Of a stretch of 64,000 nt of DNA, positions 27,031 to 40,659 are shown piece by piece. Source of the DNA: Octopus vulgaris (Eukaryota). Numbering within the stretch: position 1 is the first letter of the stretch; every line of letters starts with the position of its first letter. The position numbers were made by a program, and so were the translations under genes. The stretch spans positions 17,918,001 to 17,982,000 of the forward strand of contig OX597825.1 of NCBI GenBank assembly GCA_951406725.2, in the 5' to 3' direction. The notes under the pieces are model-generated. The model made no database searches. It worked only from the letters and a program-made list of their open reading frames with translations, and was not told where the DNA came from.

Positions 27031-27596
27031 AACATTTTATTGGGCACCTGTGTATTTGCCAGCAAAAAAATCAGATGAATATTGACAGCGTTCGAATACT
27101 AAATTTACATGGGTTATGGTATGCAATATAACATTAATGGTTTCCACGTATAAAATATGCAGCTTATCATACACTCTACCACAGACTATTAGGTACAGGT
27201 AATTTAATGATGCCAACAGAAAAGTGAATCGATGGTTTCTTAAGGTGATGATTCGTATTGTATTCAACTTCGACGGTGAAGTCTGATGCGAAAGAGAACT
27301 AGTATCATAAGAGAAGGTGAAACACTGCTCTCTTTATTAATATAATTCCTATATAGGAAATAATCCGGCCTGCTATAAACGAAAAAAATCAAGCCTTTAT
27401 TAATAATCTGGTGTAATATCATATGAATTATATAAAATATGTCATTTGATATATTTATCTAAAATCAAGTTAACGGCAAACAGTGTTGTAACATATTTAT
27501 ATATCAAATTACTGTTTGATATTGTAAAATGAAATATCAAACCAGAAATGCATACATACACACATACACTATTATAAATGTACACATACAACACAA

Positions 27597-27653
<57 letters not shown>

Positions 27654-27674
27654 CTATATGCCTATTCTTTTATT

Positions 27675-27867
27675 TTTTTAATGTTTCAGTCATTTCTCTG
27701 CGTCCGTGGTGGAGTTCCGCCTTTAGTTGAACAAATAGAGACCAGAACATATGCTTTGTTAGCCGAGTCCTATTCCATCGGTTTCTTGCTGAAACGCTAT
27801 GTACGGGGACGTAAATACACGAACATCGGTTATCAAACGATGGTGGGGGGACAAACACAGTCACACA

Positions 27868-27872
<5 letters not shown>
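27675..27872 (-). mobile_element. SINE family A, 3' half
   Basis: Family A 3' body ending at its internal microsatellite, where the PLE terminus begins. Confidence 0.8.
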
Positions 27873-27915
<43 letters not shown>

Positions 27916-27917
27916 AT

Positions 27918-27956
<39 letters not shown>

Positions 27957-28052
27957 CGGGAAGCTTTATGAAAATAAACAAAAGACGAAGGCAGGGGAAA
28001 ACAAACGAACAATTGTATTAGTATGGCGCTCAGGAAATATAAATAAAACAAG

Positions 28053-28090
28053 TCTTTAACGTTTCGAGCCTACGCTCTTCAACAGAAAGA
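28053..28090 (-). ncRNA. Minimal hammerhead motif of the PLE 3' terminus (core CUGUUGA)
   Basis: Minus strand reads tcttt-CTGTTGA-a-gagc-gtag-gctc-GAAA-cg-TT-aaaga. A second copy lies at 57026-57059. Confidence 0.65.
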
Positions 28091-28259
28091 TACACAGAGA
28101 GAGAAAAACACAGAAAGAAGGAGAGAAAAAAAATGCGTGCAGTAGCTAACGAATCAACATGGCGATCTGATTTCGGCCAGAGGTCAAAGATCAAACATGA
28201 GACGCGAGAGCGAAATAAGGGGAGATAATAGGGTTGATAAAAGGGTTGAGGGACCAGCT

Positions 28260-28600
28260 AATAGTGCGTGGGAGGGGTCTGGATGTGTGTATGTATAGGG
28301 TTGGTGTATGTATTAGTATGTATAAGGGTGTGTGTGTGTGTGTGTGTGTATGAGAGAGTATTAGTGCGTAGGATTGGTCTGGACGTGCGTATGTATGGGG
28401 TTGGTGTATGTATTAGTATGTATTAGTATGTATTAGTACGTATTGGTATGTATAGGTGTGTGTGTGTGTGTGAGAGAGAGAGTATAAGTGCGTATGCGGG
28501 GTCTGGACGTGTGTATGTATAGGGTTGGTGTAAGTATTAGTATGTACTAGTATGTATTAGTACGTATTAGTATGTATTAGTTGGTGTGTGTATTAGTATG
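28260..28600. repeat. Three imperfect 100-125 bp tandem units in the PLE 3' region
   Basis: agtgcgt..ggtctgga.gtg.gtatgtat.gggttggtgta.gtattagtatg starts near 28263, 28363 and 28487. Confidence 0.85.
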
Positions 28601-28931
28601 GCACATCATATGTGATGTGATGTGTAAAGTCATGTGGTGTAGTGAGGAGAAGAGGGTGATGGGGAGAAGAGGGGGAGAAGGGGAGGGGAAGAAGAGGGGG
28701 AGGAGAAGGGGGAAGAGGAGAGGATGGGGAGAAGGAAGGGGAGGAGGGGGATGAAGGAGGAAAGAGGGAGAGGGGGAGAGAGAAGGGGAGAGAGGGAGTG
28801 AGGGAGCAGAGGGAAGGGGAAGAGGGAGGGAGAAAGAGGGAAGAAGGGAAGGGGAGTAGGGGTGAAAGGATGAAGGACTGAAGAAGTAGGGGTCGGGGGA
28901 GAAAGGATAGGTGAGGAGGGGGAGAGGGGGG

Positions 28932-29460
28932 TTAGATGAGGAGGGGGGAGAGTTGAGACCAAATGGCGTATAAGAGCGAAGAGAGAAGATTAATTCCTGT
29001 TCACGGCGCAAACGGGAATCCGGATGGCCTCTGTGTAAGGACAAACCGAACACTGATAGGTGTTGCAAGGAGTGACCGGTGGAGCGGAAATGGCGTGAGA
29101 CCGGTGTGTCGTTCGCAAGGTGGATGTCACGAAGGTGTTCCGCGAACCGGTCAGCCAAGCGGCGTCCCGTTTGTCCGATGTACAAGGAATTGCAGAGAGA
29201 GCAAGAGATGCAATAGATAATATTGCTGGAGGTGCAGGTGAAGGAGTGGATGATGGGATAGGGTCGATGGTGGGTGCTAGTGAGGCGGGTGGTGTTGGAG
29301 AGGTAAGGGCAAGTGCGGCAACGTGGGCGGGAGCAGGGGAACGAGCCGGGTTGGGAGGTAGGGTCAGGGAAGGAGCTATGGACCAAAAGGTCTCGAAGGT
29401 TGTGGGCTCGTTTGAAAGAGGGGAGGGGTCGGTTAGGGAAGAGGTGTGAAGTGGACGGGT
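28932..29460 (-). CDS. PLE GIY-YIG endonuclease fragment (truncated retroelement ORF)
   Basis: FKRAHNLRDLLVHS, Cys linker CSRPRCRTC, FTCTSSNIIYCISCSLCNSLYIGQTGRRLADRFAEH, PVSRHF and REQELIFSL..YTPFGLN. The ORF's upstream and Pro/Ser-rich downstream extensions are not PLE-like. Confidence 0.9.
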
Positions 29461-31423
29461 GTGTATATAAATAAACACGCACACACACATATATATATTT
29501 ATGAGCCTTTGTATGCCGCCACAGATTGGCTAGCGGATAAAATTTTTCAAGGCGGTGCCCCATGGCCGTAGCCTACTTGCTAAAGGAAATAAAAAATAAT
29601 GGTTATGTACATACGAACACACGCATACACATACACACACACGCACACACACACACATGTGCGCGCGATTTTACTTTATTGCTTTCTTAATTTATATCTA
29701 TTGTCTGGAAATCTTTCCTCACACACTTGTGACCTCTTGAGTGACTTTACATCCCTCGTTTCTCTTGTTACCACATATATACACACATATATATGTTCGT
29801 GTATGTTTGTGAGCATGTGTTTATGTGTGCGTGCCCGTGTGCGTGTGCATCCCTATGTGTATGCGTGTGTGTGTGTGTTTGTGTATGTGTGTGTGTGTGT
29901 GTTTGTATATATATATATATATACGAGCGGGTGTTTTAATGTTCCTTGTTTTGGCAAGAAAGAAATATTTGAGGATCAGTTAAGTATAATTCTATTTATC
30001 ATATTTGCCTCTCAGATTCACACACACTCACACAAACAACACATACACACACACGCACACAAACAAATGTCTATATGTGTACACGTACACTTTAAAGTGT
30101 TAGTGTGTTGCAGATTAATTGTGATTTTGATGTTCATTTAGAATTTGTTTATTGATTCTACAAGTACTTGTAGAATTTCTATCTTAGAAACAGTTCAATT
30201 TGCTATTAGTGGTGTGTTTGACTCACATTTATATTTTGTAATGGGCGGCAAAAATCTTGGTGAACGTAATTACCATATCATCCAGATTATGAAGTCAACT
30301 GTTAGTAGTCAGGAAGGCTAAGGAACAACAATAATGCTATGGCAAGATTAAGAACGTTATTCATCGTTACGAAACATAACTGACTAATAACGAAATAGCA
30401 AAGGGAAAAATTAATTAATAACAATATGAAACTGAGATCTTGTTTCGTCAGCATGACACGTTTGAAGAAGCAGCTGTTAACGCTATAGAGACATACATTA
30501 GAACTACAGAACCGTTTACATAATAAGACCTAATATTTTAATTTCGGGATACTTATAATTTCATACATGGACATATAATTTCATATATTCGAACGCACCT
30601 AACCAGATGCAAGCGTATACTCACACACAGGCAGAGATACATGCATACATACACTCCTACACTTATACACATATACACAACGGAGGCAGAAGCATACATA
30701 CACACACAATTTTGAAATCAAGTGTCACAACAATTTGTAATTATAATAAATTACAATGCAATTATGTGCATGATTAAATAAATAAACGCAAGACCGCGTG
30801 AGAATTTTGAAGAAATATTTCAATTTGGACAATTTTAGAGAAATGTATTTCAGGGACAGAAAACTAAATGCACATTTTACTGAATAAATCTATTATTGGA
30901 TTTCATTAAACATATTAAATTAGATTTTTCGCAATAAATATCGTTATTCAGGAGTGAGAAACATATGACCAATCAAGTGTTCCTTCTGATAGTTTAAGCA
31001 ATTACGCAGTTGCCAACACAGAAATCTAAACACAAACCCCAATATTTTTCTCGCTAGGTGACGCTGTTCCGCTAAAATTTCAATGATTGATTTTATTTAA
31101 AATATATTCCAATTTTAATATTTTATTGAGAGTTTATCGACGATCTAAAAGCATTAATAGCTAGAATGTTAATCTCTAACGAAATAAAACCTTGAAACTG
31201 ACGTTTTAGAATACGTAAAATATGTATTAGCAATGGGAATTATATTTAAATATCCGGTTTCTTCCCTAAGAGAATAATTTACTCTAATTCACATATTAAT
31301 TGCTATTTATAAGCTGTTAAAATTTCATTTATTTTTATCAGAAAAAACGTATTTATTTTTCTTTTGACTCAAGCGCTTTATCGAATTTAATGTGGAATAT
31401 ATTTGATTTACGTGTATATATGC

Positions 31424-31472
<49 letters not shown>

Positions 31473-31510
31473 TGTGTGTGTGTGCGTGTGTGTATATATG
31501 TATATATATA

Positions 31511-31551
<41 letters not shown>

Positions 31552-31557
31552 GTGTAT

Positions 31558-31605
<48 letters not shown>

Positions 31606-32355
31606 TTATATTTATATATACATATAAGTGTGTATATACATATATATATATATATGTGTATATATATATACATGTATGTATTTGTGCGCGCGCGTATATA
31701 TATAAATATATATATATATCAATACATACATATATTTGTGTGTGCACAAAACTGTGCGTGTATGTGTGTGTGTGTATGTATGGATGTGTGCATGTTTGTA
31801 TGCATGTGTCTATACATGCACGTGTTTAACAACACTTCATCTCATAAAAGGAATGAATATCGTAGAAGGGAGCAAATTCTTAGAGCTGAAAAAATCAGAT
31901 GATAAAAACGTTATGCTTTCAGAGATTAACGGACAAATACAGAGGCAGCAAGATGTGTATAGAAGCTTTAAAATATCGGGCCCCGACATGTTTTTGTATA
32001 TGCGACATGACGGCTTTTCTTGAAGTTACATAATTGCATATCCTTCATGCAGCAAATCATGTGTAAAAAAAGATGAATTTTGCTCCATTGCATAAATAGT
32101 CTATCAATATCAAAGAGGCTAAAGCCACTTCTGTTGGTTTTGAAATCAGTGAGGAGATAATTGAAGTGCAAGTCAAATTGTTATTTCCGCCATATTTTAG
32201 TATATACTACAATTTTTGTTGAAGTTTCCTAATTCTAGAAGACTGATGATGAAAAACGGTGCCCGTAAGTCAAAACATTCACTACAAGAGCGATATGGAA
32301 TTAATAGTATTTTGAATTTTGCGTACATACCATACTACATGATGTACTAGCATTA

Positions 32356-32741
32356 TGGAGGCGCAATGGCCCAGTGGTTAGGGCAGCGGACTCGCGGTCA
32401 TAGGATCGCGGTTTCGATTCCCAGACCAGGCGTTGTGAGTGTTTATTGAGCGAAAACACCTAAAAGCTCCACGAGGCTCCGGCAGGGGATGGTGGTGATC
32501 CCTGCTGTACTCTTTCACCACAACTTTCTCTCACTCTTACTTCCTGTTTCTGTTGTACCTGTATTTCAAAGGGCTGGCCTTGTCACTCTCTGTGTCACGC
32601 TGAATATCCCCGAGAACTACGTTAAGGGTACACGTGTCTGTGGAGTGCTCAGCCACTACACGTTAATTTCACGAGCAGGCTGTTCCGTTGATTCGGATCA
32701 ACCGGAACCCTCGTCGTCGTAACCGACGGAGTGCTTCCACC
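32356..32741 (+). mobile_element. tRNA-derived SINE family C, full length with TSD
   Basis: TGGCCCAGTGG A-box and GGTTTCGATTCCC B-box. TSD actagcatta at 32346-32355 and 32742-32751. Nearly identical to 46932-47314. Confidence 0.93.
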
Positions 32742-32774
32742 ACTAGCATTATATACAAACACACACACAAAAAA

Positions 32775-32953
32775 TATATATTTATATACGACGGGTTTCA
32801 TTCAGTTTCTGTTTCCCAAATCCACTGACAAGGCTGTTGACTGGCCTCAGGCTATTGTTTGGAGACACTTGCCCAAGGTACCACGCAGTAGAATTGAACC
32901 CGAACCATGTGGTTGATAAGCAAATATATATATACAACGTAGCCATTCCTGCG
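32775..32953 (-). mobile_element. SINE family A, 5' half, diverged
   Basis: acgacgggtttc...cttgcccaaggtaccacgcagt...gaacccgaaccatgtgg matches family A. Confidence 0.8.
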
Positions 32954-32967
32954 CATATATATATATA

Positions 32968-33102
32968 TACCGGAGTAAACACATAAATGTGAAGCAAGGT
33001 GGAAAAAAGAGTACTCAAATAAATGTGGTAGAGTAATATGCTTTATTTAAAGCAGCAGAAAATTCAACAAAACCTGTTACTCTGAGTTTCCCGTTCACGT
33101 TG

Positions 33103-33103
<1 letters not shown>
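32968..33103 (-). mobile_element. PLE-like terminal fragment inside (AT)n with hammerhead 3' half
   Basis: Minus strand reads GAAA-ctc-a-gag-TA-acagg (33073-33090). It is bounded by (AT)n on both sides and the 5' core is absent. Confidence 0.4.
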
Positions 33104-33164
<61 letters not shown>

Positions 33165-33186
33165 CTGTGTGTGTAGATATATCGAT

Positions 33187-33218
<32 letters not shown>

Positions 33219-33392
33219 CTGTCGATTGCATACAGATATCCACTGAAATGGTGTGGTTTTGTAATATTATGATATAATACATTATTGAACAAGTAACTAA
33301 ATACTCTATGGAAACACGTTACGTAATATGTAGAATATCTCTTTGATACTGACATTTACACACACATACACACACACCTATATATATACATG

Positions 33393-33458
<66 letters not shown>

Positions 33459-33717
33459 TGTGTGTGTTTCTGTTTGTGCGTGTGTACAGATTGGTGTTAA
33501 AGCGTTGTACGGCTATGCCAGATTCAACATTGTACTGGTATTTCTTTATCCACTGAACAGCCTTTTTAAAATACTTCTGGGGATATCCCATAAATCTCAG
33601 ACTTACTGAAGACTGGACAGCCCAATTTCCATTAAGCATATATGTGGCTCTTCGGTTAAGAAAATACTACGAAGATAAAACCATTTTGTTTCATTCGTAA
33701 ATGGTACTACGGTATAC

Positions 33718-33781
<64 letters not shown>

Positions 33782-33782
33782 T

Positions 33783-33815
<33 letters not shown>

Positions 33816-33816
33816 T

Positions 33817-33925
<109 letters not shown>

Positions 33926-34910
33926 TCTAATTCAAATATCTACATATCTACGTATTGAATGATTGGAGCTTCTTAACATTTATAGAATACTTTCAGACAG
34001 TGTTGTCATACATCTCCATTATTTACTGCAGAATAATATCCGCTGCACTGTATTAGAATAATTAATTGACGAACATAGAATGTATAAATGAAGTTATCAC
34101 ACTACTATTGCCAAAACACTTTATCAAAACAATGTCTAGTTAGCTGTTAGACGTCACTTACTTAATTCAAGCTCAATTATTTCTTGATATATAGTATCTT
34201 TACATGTATATTGGAGAGTATGTATATTTTCATGCTAAGTCTGGCACAAGGCCTAAAATTCTGAGGGGAAGGTAAGTCGGTAACGTTGACTCTAATTAAC
34301 AACGCATATTGCATTACTAAAGGCCTTCAGCTTTTCTTTCGCCTACGTACTAAAGTATCTCCAAATTGAAACTTAAAGCAAAACCTATTTCGAAGGTAAT
34401 AACATCTATTTCGACAATAACAGTGCATGAGATATTCAGGATTGTCTTATAGTTTCACGGATATTACTCAAAGCTAGTGGTTGATTTTTAAAAGAATATA
34501 AATCAGTGAATATAATTCCCTACACAGCCCTGAAAGAAAAATTTATGTAATTTTCAGTCAGGAATTTTCAAAAGGAAAACATATACAAATGATATCATTT
34601 CTTATGCATATTTTTGATGATAACAGGATTAAGGATAAGCATATACATTTCTAATTTTATTTTTCACGACATTCGAAATTCTCAAATTAATGTATTACTG
34701 CGCACAATAAAACACAAACATAAATATATTTGTACGTTTAAATATTTGTTATGCAAGATTTTTTATGTGAAATCGTGTGTTGAAACAGATATTGTTGTAT
34801 TTAGGAATGGTCATATTGCCAGTTTAGCCAATAAAAACACACGCACTATATATTTGGTGTTATTTTGCTTCAGTGTTATTTATTTTTTACATTAATCTTA
34901 ATCTTATTTC

Positions 34911-34955
34911 GGCCAGAGTTCTTTCGTCATACTCCTGTGACCGCATCAGTGGTCC
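34911..34955 (-). ncRNA. Minimal hammerhead-like motif (core CUGAUGC)
   Basis: Minus strand reads ggacca-CTGATGC-g-gtca-caggagta-tgac-GAAA-gaac-TC-tggcc. Confidence 0.5.
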
Positions 34956-35836
34956 TTTGTTTTCTTCTTTCTTATTTGTGTCTCTCCTTACTAACCGTCA
35001 GTCATTCAATTTAATGGAATCATTAAATTCATTTATATGTATGTGTGTGTTATGATGTACCCGTACAAATATATCAATGTTACGCATTTCTCTGTAGTTT
35101 GAAGATAAACAACCTTAATCGATTTTCGACCCTTAAATTGAGTCTCATGAAAGGTATCTACATGAGTAGGCTAATTCCAGAGAAACAGGTAAAGCCTCTG
35201 TTTATATACACATCAAATGTAATAACTTCAGAGAACTGGTGCTACTCATTTGCATACTAGAACTTTATTTCATATCAGAGGCGTGTCGTAACATAAATAT
35301 AAACACACACAGATATACTCACATGCACATGATTGAAATCATATTCTGTTTACACTCGAGTAATGAGTAAACCAAGATGAAACAGCAACCACTCCTGCAC
35401 TACGAGTTTAGAGGAAACCACTGCGGAATGGAAAATCGATACAGGTAGAAATTTCCGCTAAAAGAACTGATAACTTATTTTCTGTCACATCTTAGTAGTA
35501 ATCGCTACACCATACATCCCCTGAAAAACTATGATTCTCATATGAAAGTTATATTTACATTTTCATTTTGTTTGATTTCATTGTGAATTCGATTTTTTTT
35601 ATAACATACTAAACAGCGATGTTAGCTATATACTTATGCCCCTTTACTATGCCAGTCTTAGTTTTGCTGAGGCGAATTATATATTTCGTTATAACTTTAT
35701 TTTGCTTTATTTTGCTTCGGTTGTTACATGCGAGTTTCAACTGCGCTGCCATATTCTTGAGGTGTGTGCGATACCGTGTTGTTCTTTTCGTGAGGTATGG
35801 GTGAGTGTAAGACGCTCCTTTTGCTGTATTGCATCA

Positions 35837-36050
35837 TCTCTTTTATCTCTTTTACTTGCTCCAGTCATTTGACTGTGGCCATACTGCAGCTCCGCCTTTA
35901 ATCGGGCGAGTCGACCCCAGGACTTATTCTTTGTAAGTCTAGTACTTATTTTATCTGTCTTTTGCCGGACCGCTAAGTTACGGGGGACGTAAACACACCA
36001 CCGTCAGTTGTCAAGCGATGATGGGGTGGACAAACACAGACAAACAAACA
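35837..36050 (-). mobile_element. SINE family A, 3' half
   Basis: Matches the family A 3' body. Confidence 0.85.
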
Positions 36051-38760
36051 CAGCTCCTGCTGCTTCTCCTGCGCCTTCTCATCATCATCATCATCACTGC
36101 AGTGGACCGACAGAATTTTTAGGCCATCGGCCAAGAAGACTTACAGTACGCATGATGTTATGAATTTATATACTTCACCTAAATGACATTTCATATTTTA
36201 AGAGGTAGATAAAAAAATATAAAAGCATTCACCTATTGGCCTTCATATAACAGAAATTTCTTTTTTTCCACAATATTTGCTTCATGAACATGTCATTGAT
36301 TTTGTCAACCAATGTTTATATAAATAGTATGATAAATATCATAAGTGTTTAAGAACTATAGGGCTAAAATAGGTAACTTGATTGTCAATGATGGTTCTCT
36401 CGTGTTTTCTCGTTTACGCTAATATTTATGCTAGAATTTATTTACAAATGCTGCAATGAATCGGCAAAATGTTCACTCGTCTTCACATTTCCCTGTATGC
36501 GTATGTATGTGTGTGTATGTATGTGTGTGTTTGTGTGTGAGAGAGAGTGTGTATGTGTATCGCAGTTACAATGGCAGAAGAAGCAGAGCAGAGCAAAGTA
36601 TAAATATTTTGTTGGTTTTTTTTGGAGGGCTTGAATAAACTACGTCTCGTATTACAAATATGATAATGCAATTACCATTCTTGTGATGTGGTAATTCTCT
36701 TCGCTGCGTGAGAACATAAAAAACGCCCGGTTGCGATTGCAACCGATTCTAAAGCCGAATAGTGGAGATAATTTCAAGAATCAGTGTATCTCCCAAACTG
36801 TGAAACTGTTAATGAAAAAAAAATCGTTCTTTAGAATCTAATGAAAAGAGGACAGCGGTGGGTATACTCTTCGCCTCAGTAGATGTTATCAGTATTGAAG
36901 TTGCCCTACGTTGACTACAACAGACGTGAGACCTAGATATTTAAAAGGAAAGTTGAGAAGGGTTATGGCCTAGGGAAATTTGATTAATTAAAATGATTCG
37001 TTAAGAGAAATAATTAAGGGGGGCATGTAAATAATCCTACATTTCTATTACATGTCATGCACAATAAATCATTTAATTCTTGGACTTATATTTGCGACTG
37101 GAGACGTTAAAAATATCTGGTGACAACTACAACCGTGTCAAAAGGAGGTGAAGAGATACTCTCAAACACTGAAAATCCCCAAGGTATGATACACACGTGG
37201 TCCAACCTTCTCCACTTCATAATGGTTTGATCTGACATTCGATGCGGATACTCCTACACACCATCCTCTTATAAACCCGCCACTATCTCACGCCAATATA
37301 TCGTTTTTAGAAAAACATATATCCGGAGAGGCACACTCTAAGAAGTAGAGCACTCTATATTTTTCTCCTGACGAAGGCCGGTAAATAGGGTTACCCTCAG
37401 AGTGTCTCGTTCGTAAAGTGTTTAACCTTATGGCGCATCATCATCAAACGCAAAGGCCTGTTGACCTATGACCTTCTGAGGTCATATATTCGCCTTTACC
37501 AGGAATATGTATATATATATACACATATGTCTTTGTGTATGTGTGTGCGTGTTTGTGTGAATGTGTTTGCATGTATATATCTATATATGTTTATATATCA
37601 ATTGGTGAGAGCTGTGAAGTGGGTAAATAAATATGTATTAGGTTACAGCTGTTTCGTAACCATGACAGTTAATGTATACGTGTGTGAGCGTGTGAGTGTA
37701 CTTACGGCCAGAATGCGGATATACAAATATATATATATATATATGTGTATGTGTGTATTTGTGTATGTGTGTGTGCTTGTGTGTATGTGAGTGTGTGTGT
37801 GTTTGTCTGTGTGTGTGTATGTACGTTTGTATGTATGTATGTATATGTATATGACTACACACAAACATACAGCCCGGAGATATTATCATTGGATAGAGAA
37901 GTTGAGACTAATTACCTGAAGTAATGTTGAGATTGCTACGTTGCAACTCAGACCTTTGCTCCTACTCAATTCATGCAACTGATATTTACGAATGGTCACT
38001 TATTAGACAGAAAATGGGTCAATTGAAAAATAATGTCAAAATAATACGAAATGATGTATATATAAATTAAATTAGAGACGTATTGATTATATAGACTGTG
38101 AAAATGACAGTTGTAACGTGTTTATGGTTAATCCAACTATTTAACAAGATTATTCAACGATAGAAGCGTATATACCAACACACGTATATATGTGTGTGCG
38201 TATATATTTATATATGTATAAATGTATTAGTTTTCTTCAGTTTACTTCTGCGTTTCGTTTTGTTTTCTTATTTAAGCAAACTATAAAGTGAGACAATTTG
38301 AGATATATATTTTCTATTTATCACAACTCATTGATAGTTTCGATTGAGTTAATTGCAGTTAAATTTTATTCATTGCTTTTACGATCAGCTCTTCCCTTCA
38401 CCTCACTTAATATAAATTATCGATCATATTTTCTCTCTCTCTCTCTGGATACTTTTCTCAAGATAACTTTTATATATTTTCTTATATCATTACCGAGACG
38501 TTCTTATATCACTGCCGAGACGTTCTCAACTTCTCCCATTATTTCTTTCTTCATTTACCTTTCTTAATCTTTCTCTCAATCTATTTCACTCTGTCTATTG
38601 CTTAAATAAATTTTTGGTACGATAAATTTCTCTTCATTTTTCTTAATACTGCTGCCTTCATAAAAACTCATCCTTGTATATTAATGAAATTAATTTATCA
38701 TATTTTATTGTAATGGTTGGTATTTAAACTGACTTATTTCAACTATGTCTGTAATTTCCA

Positions 38761-39001
38761 GAATACCTATTTCTTTACTACCCACAAGGGGCTAAACATA
38801 GAGGGGACAAGCAAGGACAGACATAGGTATTAAGTCGATTAAATCGACCCCCAGTGCGTAACTAGTACGTAATTTATCGACCCCGAAAGGATGAAGAGCA
38901 AAGTCGACCTCGGTGGAAATTGAACTCACAACATAACGACAGACGAAATACCGCTCAGCATTTTGTCCGGCATGCATACGACTGCGCCAGCTCGCCACCT
39001 T
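38761..39001 (-). mobile_element. SINE family B
   Basis: Full family B unit with head. Confidence 0.9.
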
Positions 39002-39914
39002 GTTTCCTGAATACCGTTTAGCATCCTTCGTTATATTTCAACTTGAAGTTATATTCCTTTTACAGTCTAAAAGATTGTTTTTCCAGCTTTGTTCTGTCTT
39101 TCAAAAATATTGTTTCTCCAGCTTTGTCTTCTGTCTTTCCTTATATGTATATTTCCTAACGGCACTCAATCACGGTACACTGTTTATATCATTTCGAACT
39201 ACATATACAACATTGATATCTGGCATGTACTAGACACTACTAAATAAACGAATCAAAACTTTTGTAGCAAGTACCGAAACAATATACACCCACTTGTGTT
39301 ATCCAGGACACCAATAGTGCTTCTAGCATCTGCAGAAATTAACCGCTTCTTGAAACCATATACACAGTGATGTACTTCATGGAAGCGTTCTGTCTTTGTT
39401 TCTCGAAAATAATAATCGTAGCTTAAAGCAAAATCATTTAACTGTTTCCATTACACACAGTCACACATGTACGTACATATATATATACACACAAACACAG
39501 ACACACGCAGAGACACACAAGCACACACACACACACATATAAGAAACTCTTGTCATTGCGACAAGGCTGATGCCATGTTAATGGTAATAAAAATCTTTAC
39601 AAGAGTGTGCAGCTGCTGTATACTGATTCTCTTTCTGCCGCTTCTCTTCCTGCAGCTGATGCTACCGCGGCTAGAAGTAGCACGCAAACTGCTATTTCTG
39701 TTAGTAAGAACCGGTAGTTCTTGTAGTAAATTAAAATCGGTTTTATAATGTTTTAATAAGTTCGTTTGTTCTTATCTGAATGGAATAGTTTGCAATTATA
39801 GTTTTTTACCAGGGAGGGGCTGTTGGGGTCGACTATTGACTCCTTTTAAAATTGCTAGTCATGCACCTAAATTATATACTATTATTTTAGAGAAAGTAGC
39901 AAACCATCGCAGTT

Positions 39915-39962
39915 AGTGGAGTAATACCTGAAGGTCATAACGATATCAGGTATTACTCCACT
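39915..39962. repeat. Perfect 17-bp inverted repeat (hairpin)
   Basis: agtggagtaatacctga-14 nt-tcaggtattactccact. Confidence 0.9.
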
Positions 39963-40659
39963 TCGCTTGTATCAAATTTTATCAATTTAAAGGCAAATCA
40001 GGTAAACATTTACATTTATATCAATATTCAGTACCACACTTAATTTATTATCAAGTTTTTAAGAATGGCGATACATTTTGTTACGTTCTTCTGAGTTATT
40101 GCTACATCTGTTGAAGTCACCTGCAGAGACGTACGCACTTTGAATCTTTTCCCCATAAGATTGTGAATAATTCGCTGCCCAAGTTCCATTCTTGTACTAC
40201 GATTGAAAGAATTTATTAATACAGACAATCTCTTATGTTTAAATCCTATTCACCGTATTTCTTAGTCTGTGTCGTGAATTTAACTGAAGCTAACGCTCAC
40301 TGATCGTTAGTTTTTAGTTGAATCTCATAGTTGGCTTGTTTCGAAAACCAGAATATTAGTTTTAGAATGTTTCAATGATAAAGAAAACGAGTTGCTTCAA
40401 TTTATCATCGAAGCTATACTGTTCCCGAGGGTTTCAAATATTTGTAGGTCTGTAGGCTTCCCTATTTGTTACTAAATTTTGACTAGAAAATGACGTTGCG
40501 CTTCAGATAAGTATATGCGGTATGTGAGACTGTCAGTTATTAGCTCTACCATCTTGGTGATGTTACCCATTTACTCACAAAATGCCACAATCTTTTCAAG
40601 TAAGTCAAACGATTCTTCAGTAATGTGGATATAATTCTTTCTTTTATCTTTCCTCTTCT

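Larger units (their letters stand above)
27953..29460 (-). mobile_element. 5'-truncated Penelope-like element (Neptune-type)
   Basis: GIY-YIG endonuclease ORF followed by a polypyrimidine tract, tandem subrepeats, a hammerhead motif and a 3' end at (AT)n. No RT domain is present. Confidence 0.9.

Noticed and set aside
28577-28931. Pro/Ser/Leu-rich C-terminal extension of the 328-aa ORF
   Set aside because: Read-through into a polypyrimidine 3' UTR tract, probably after a frameshift.
32356-32430. tRNA gene (also 46932, 58880 and a B-box remnant near 13130-13150)
   Set aside because: tRNA-like heads continue into SINE bodies, with TSDs at 32356 and 46932. No complete cloverleaf with terminator.
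37368-37400. CTGACGAAGGCC as a complete hammerhead
   Set aside because: No closing stem II strand, GAAA or cleavage triplet follows. Counted only as a possible half motif.
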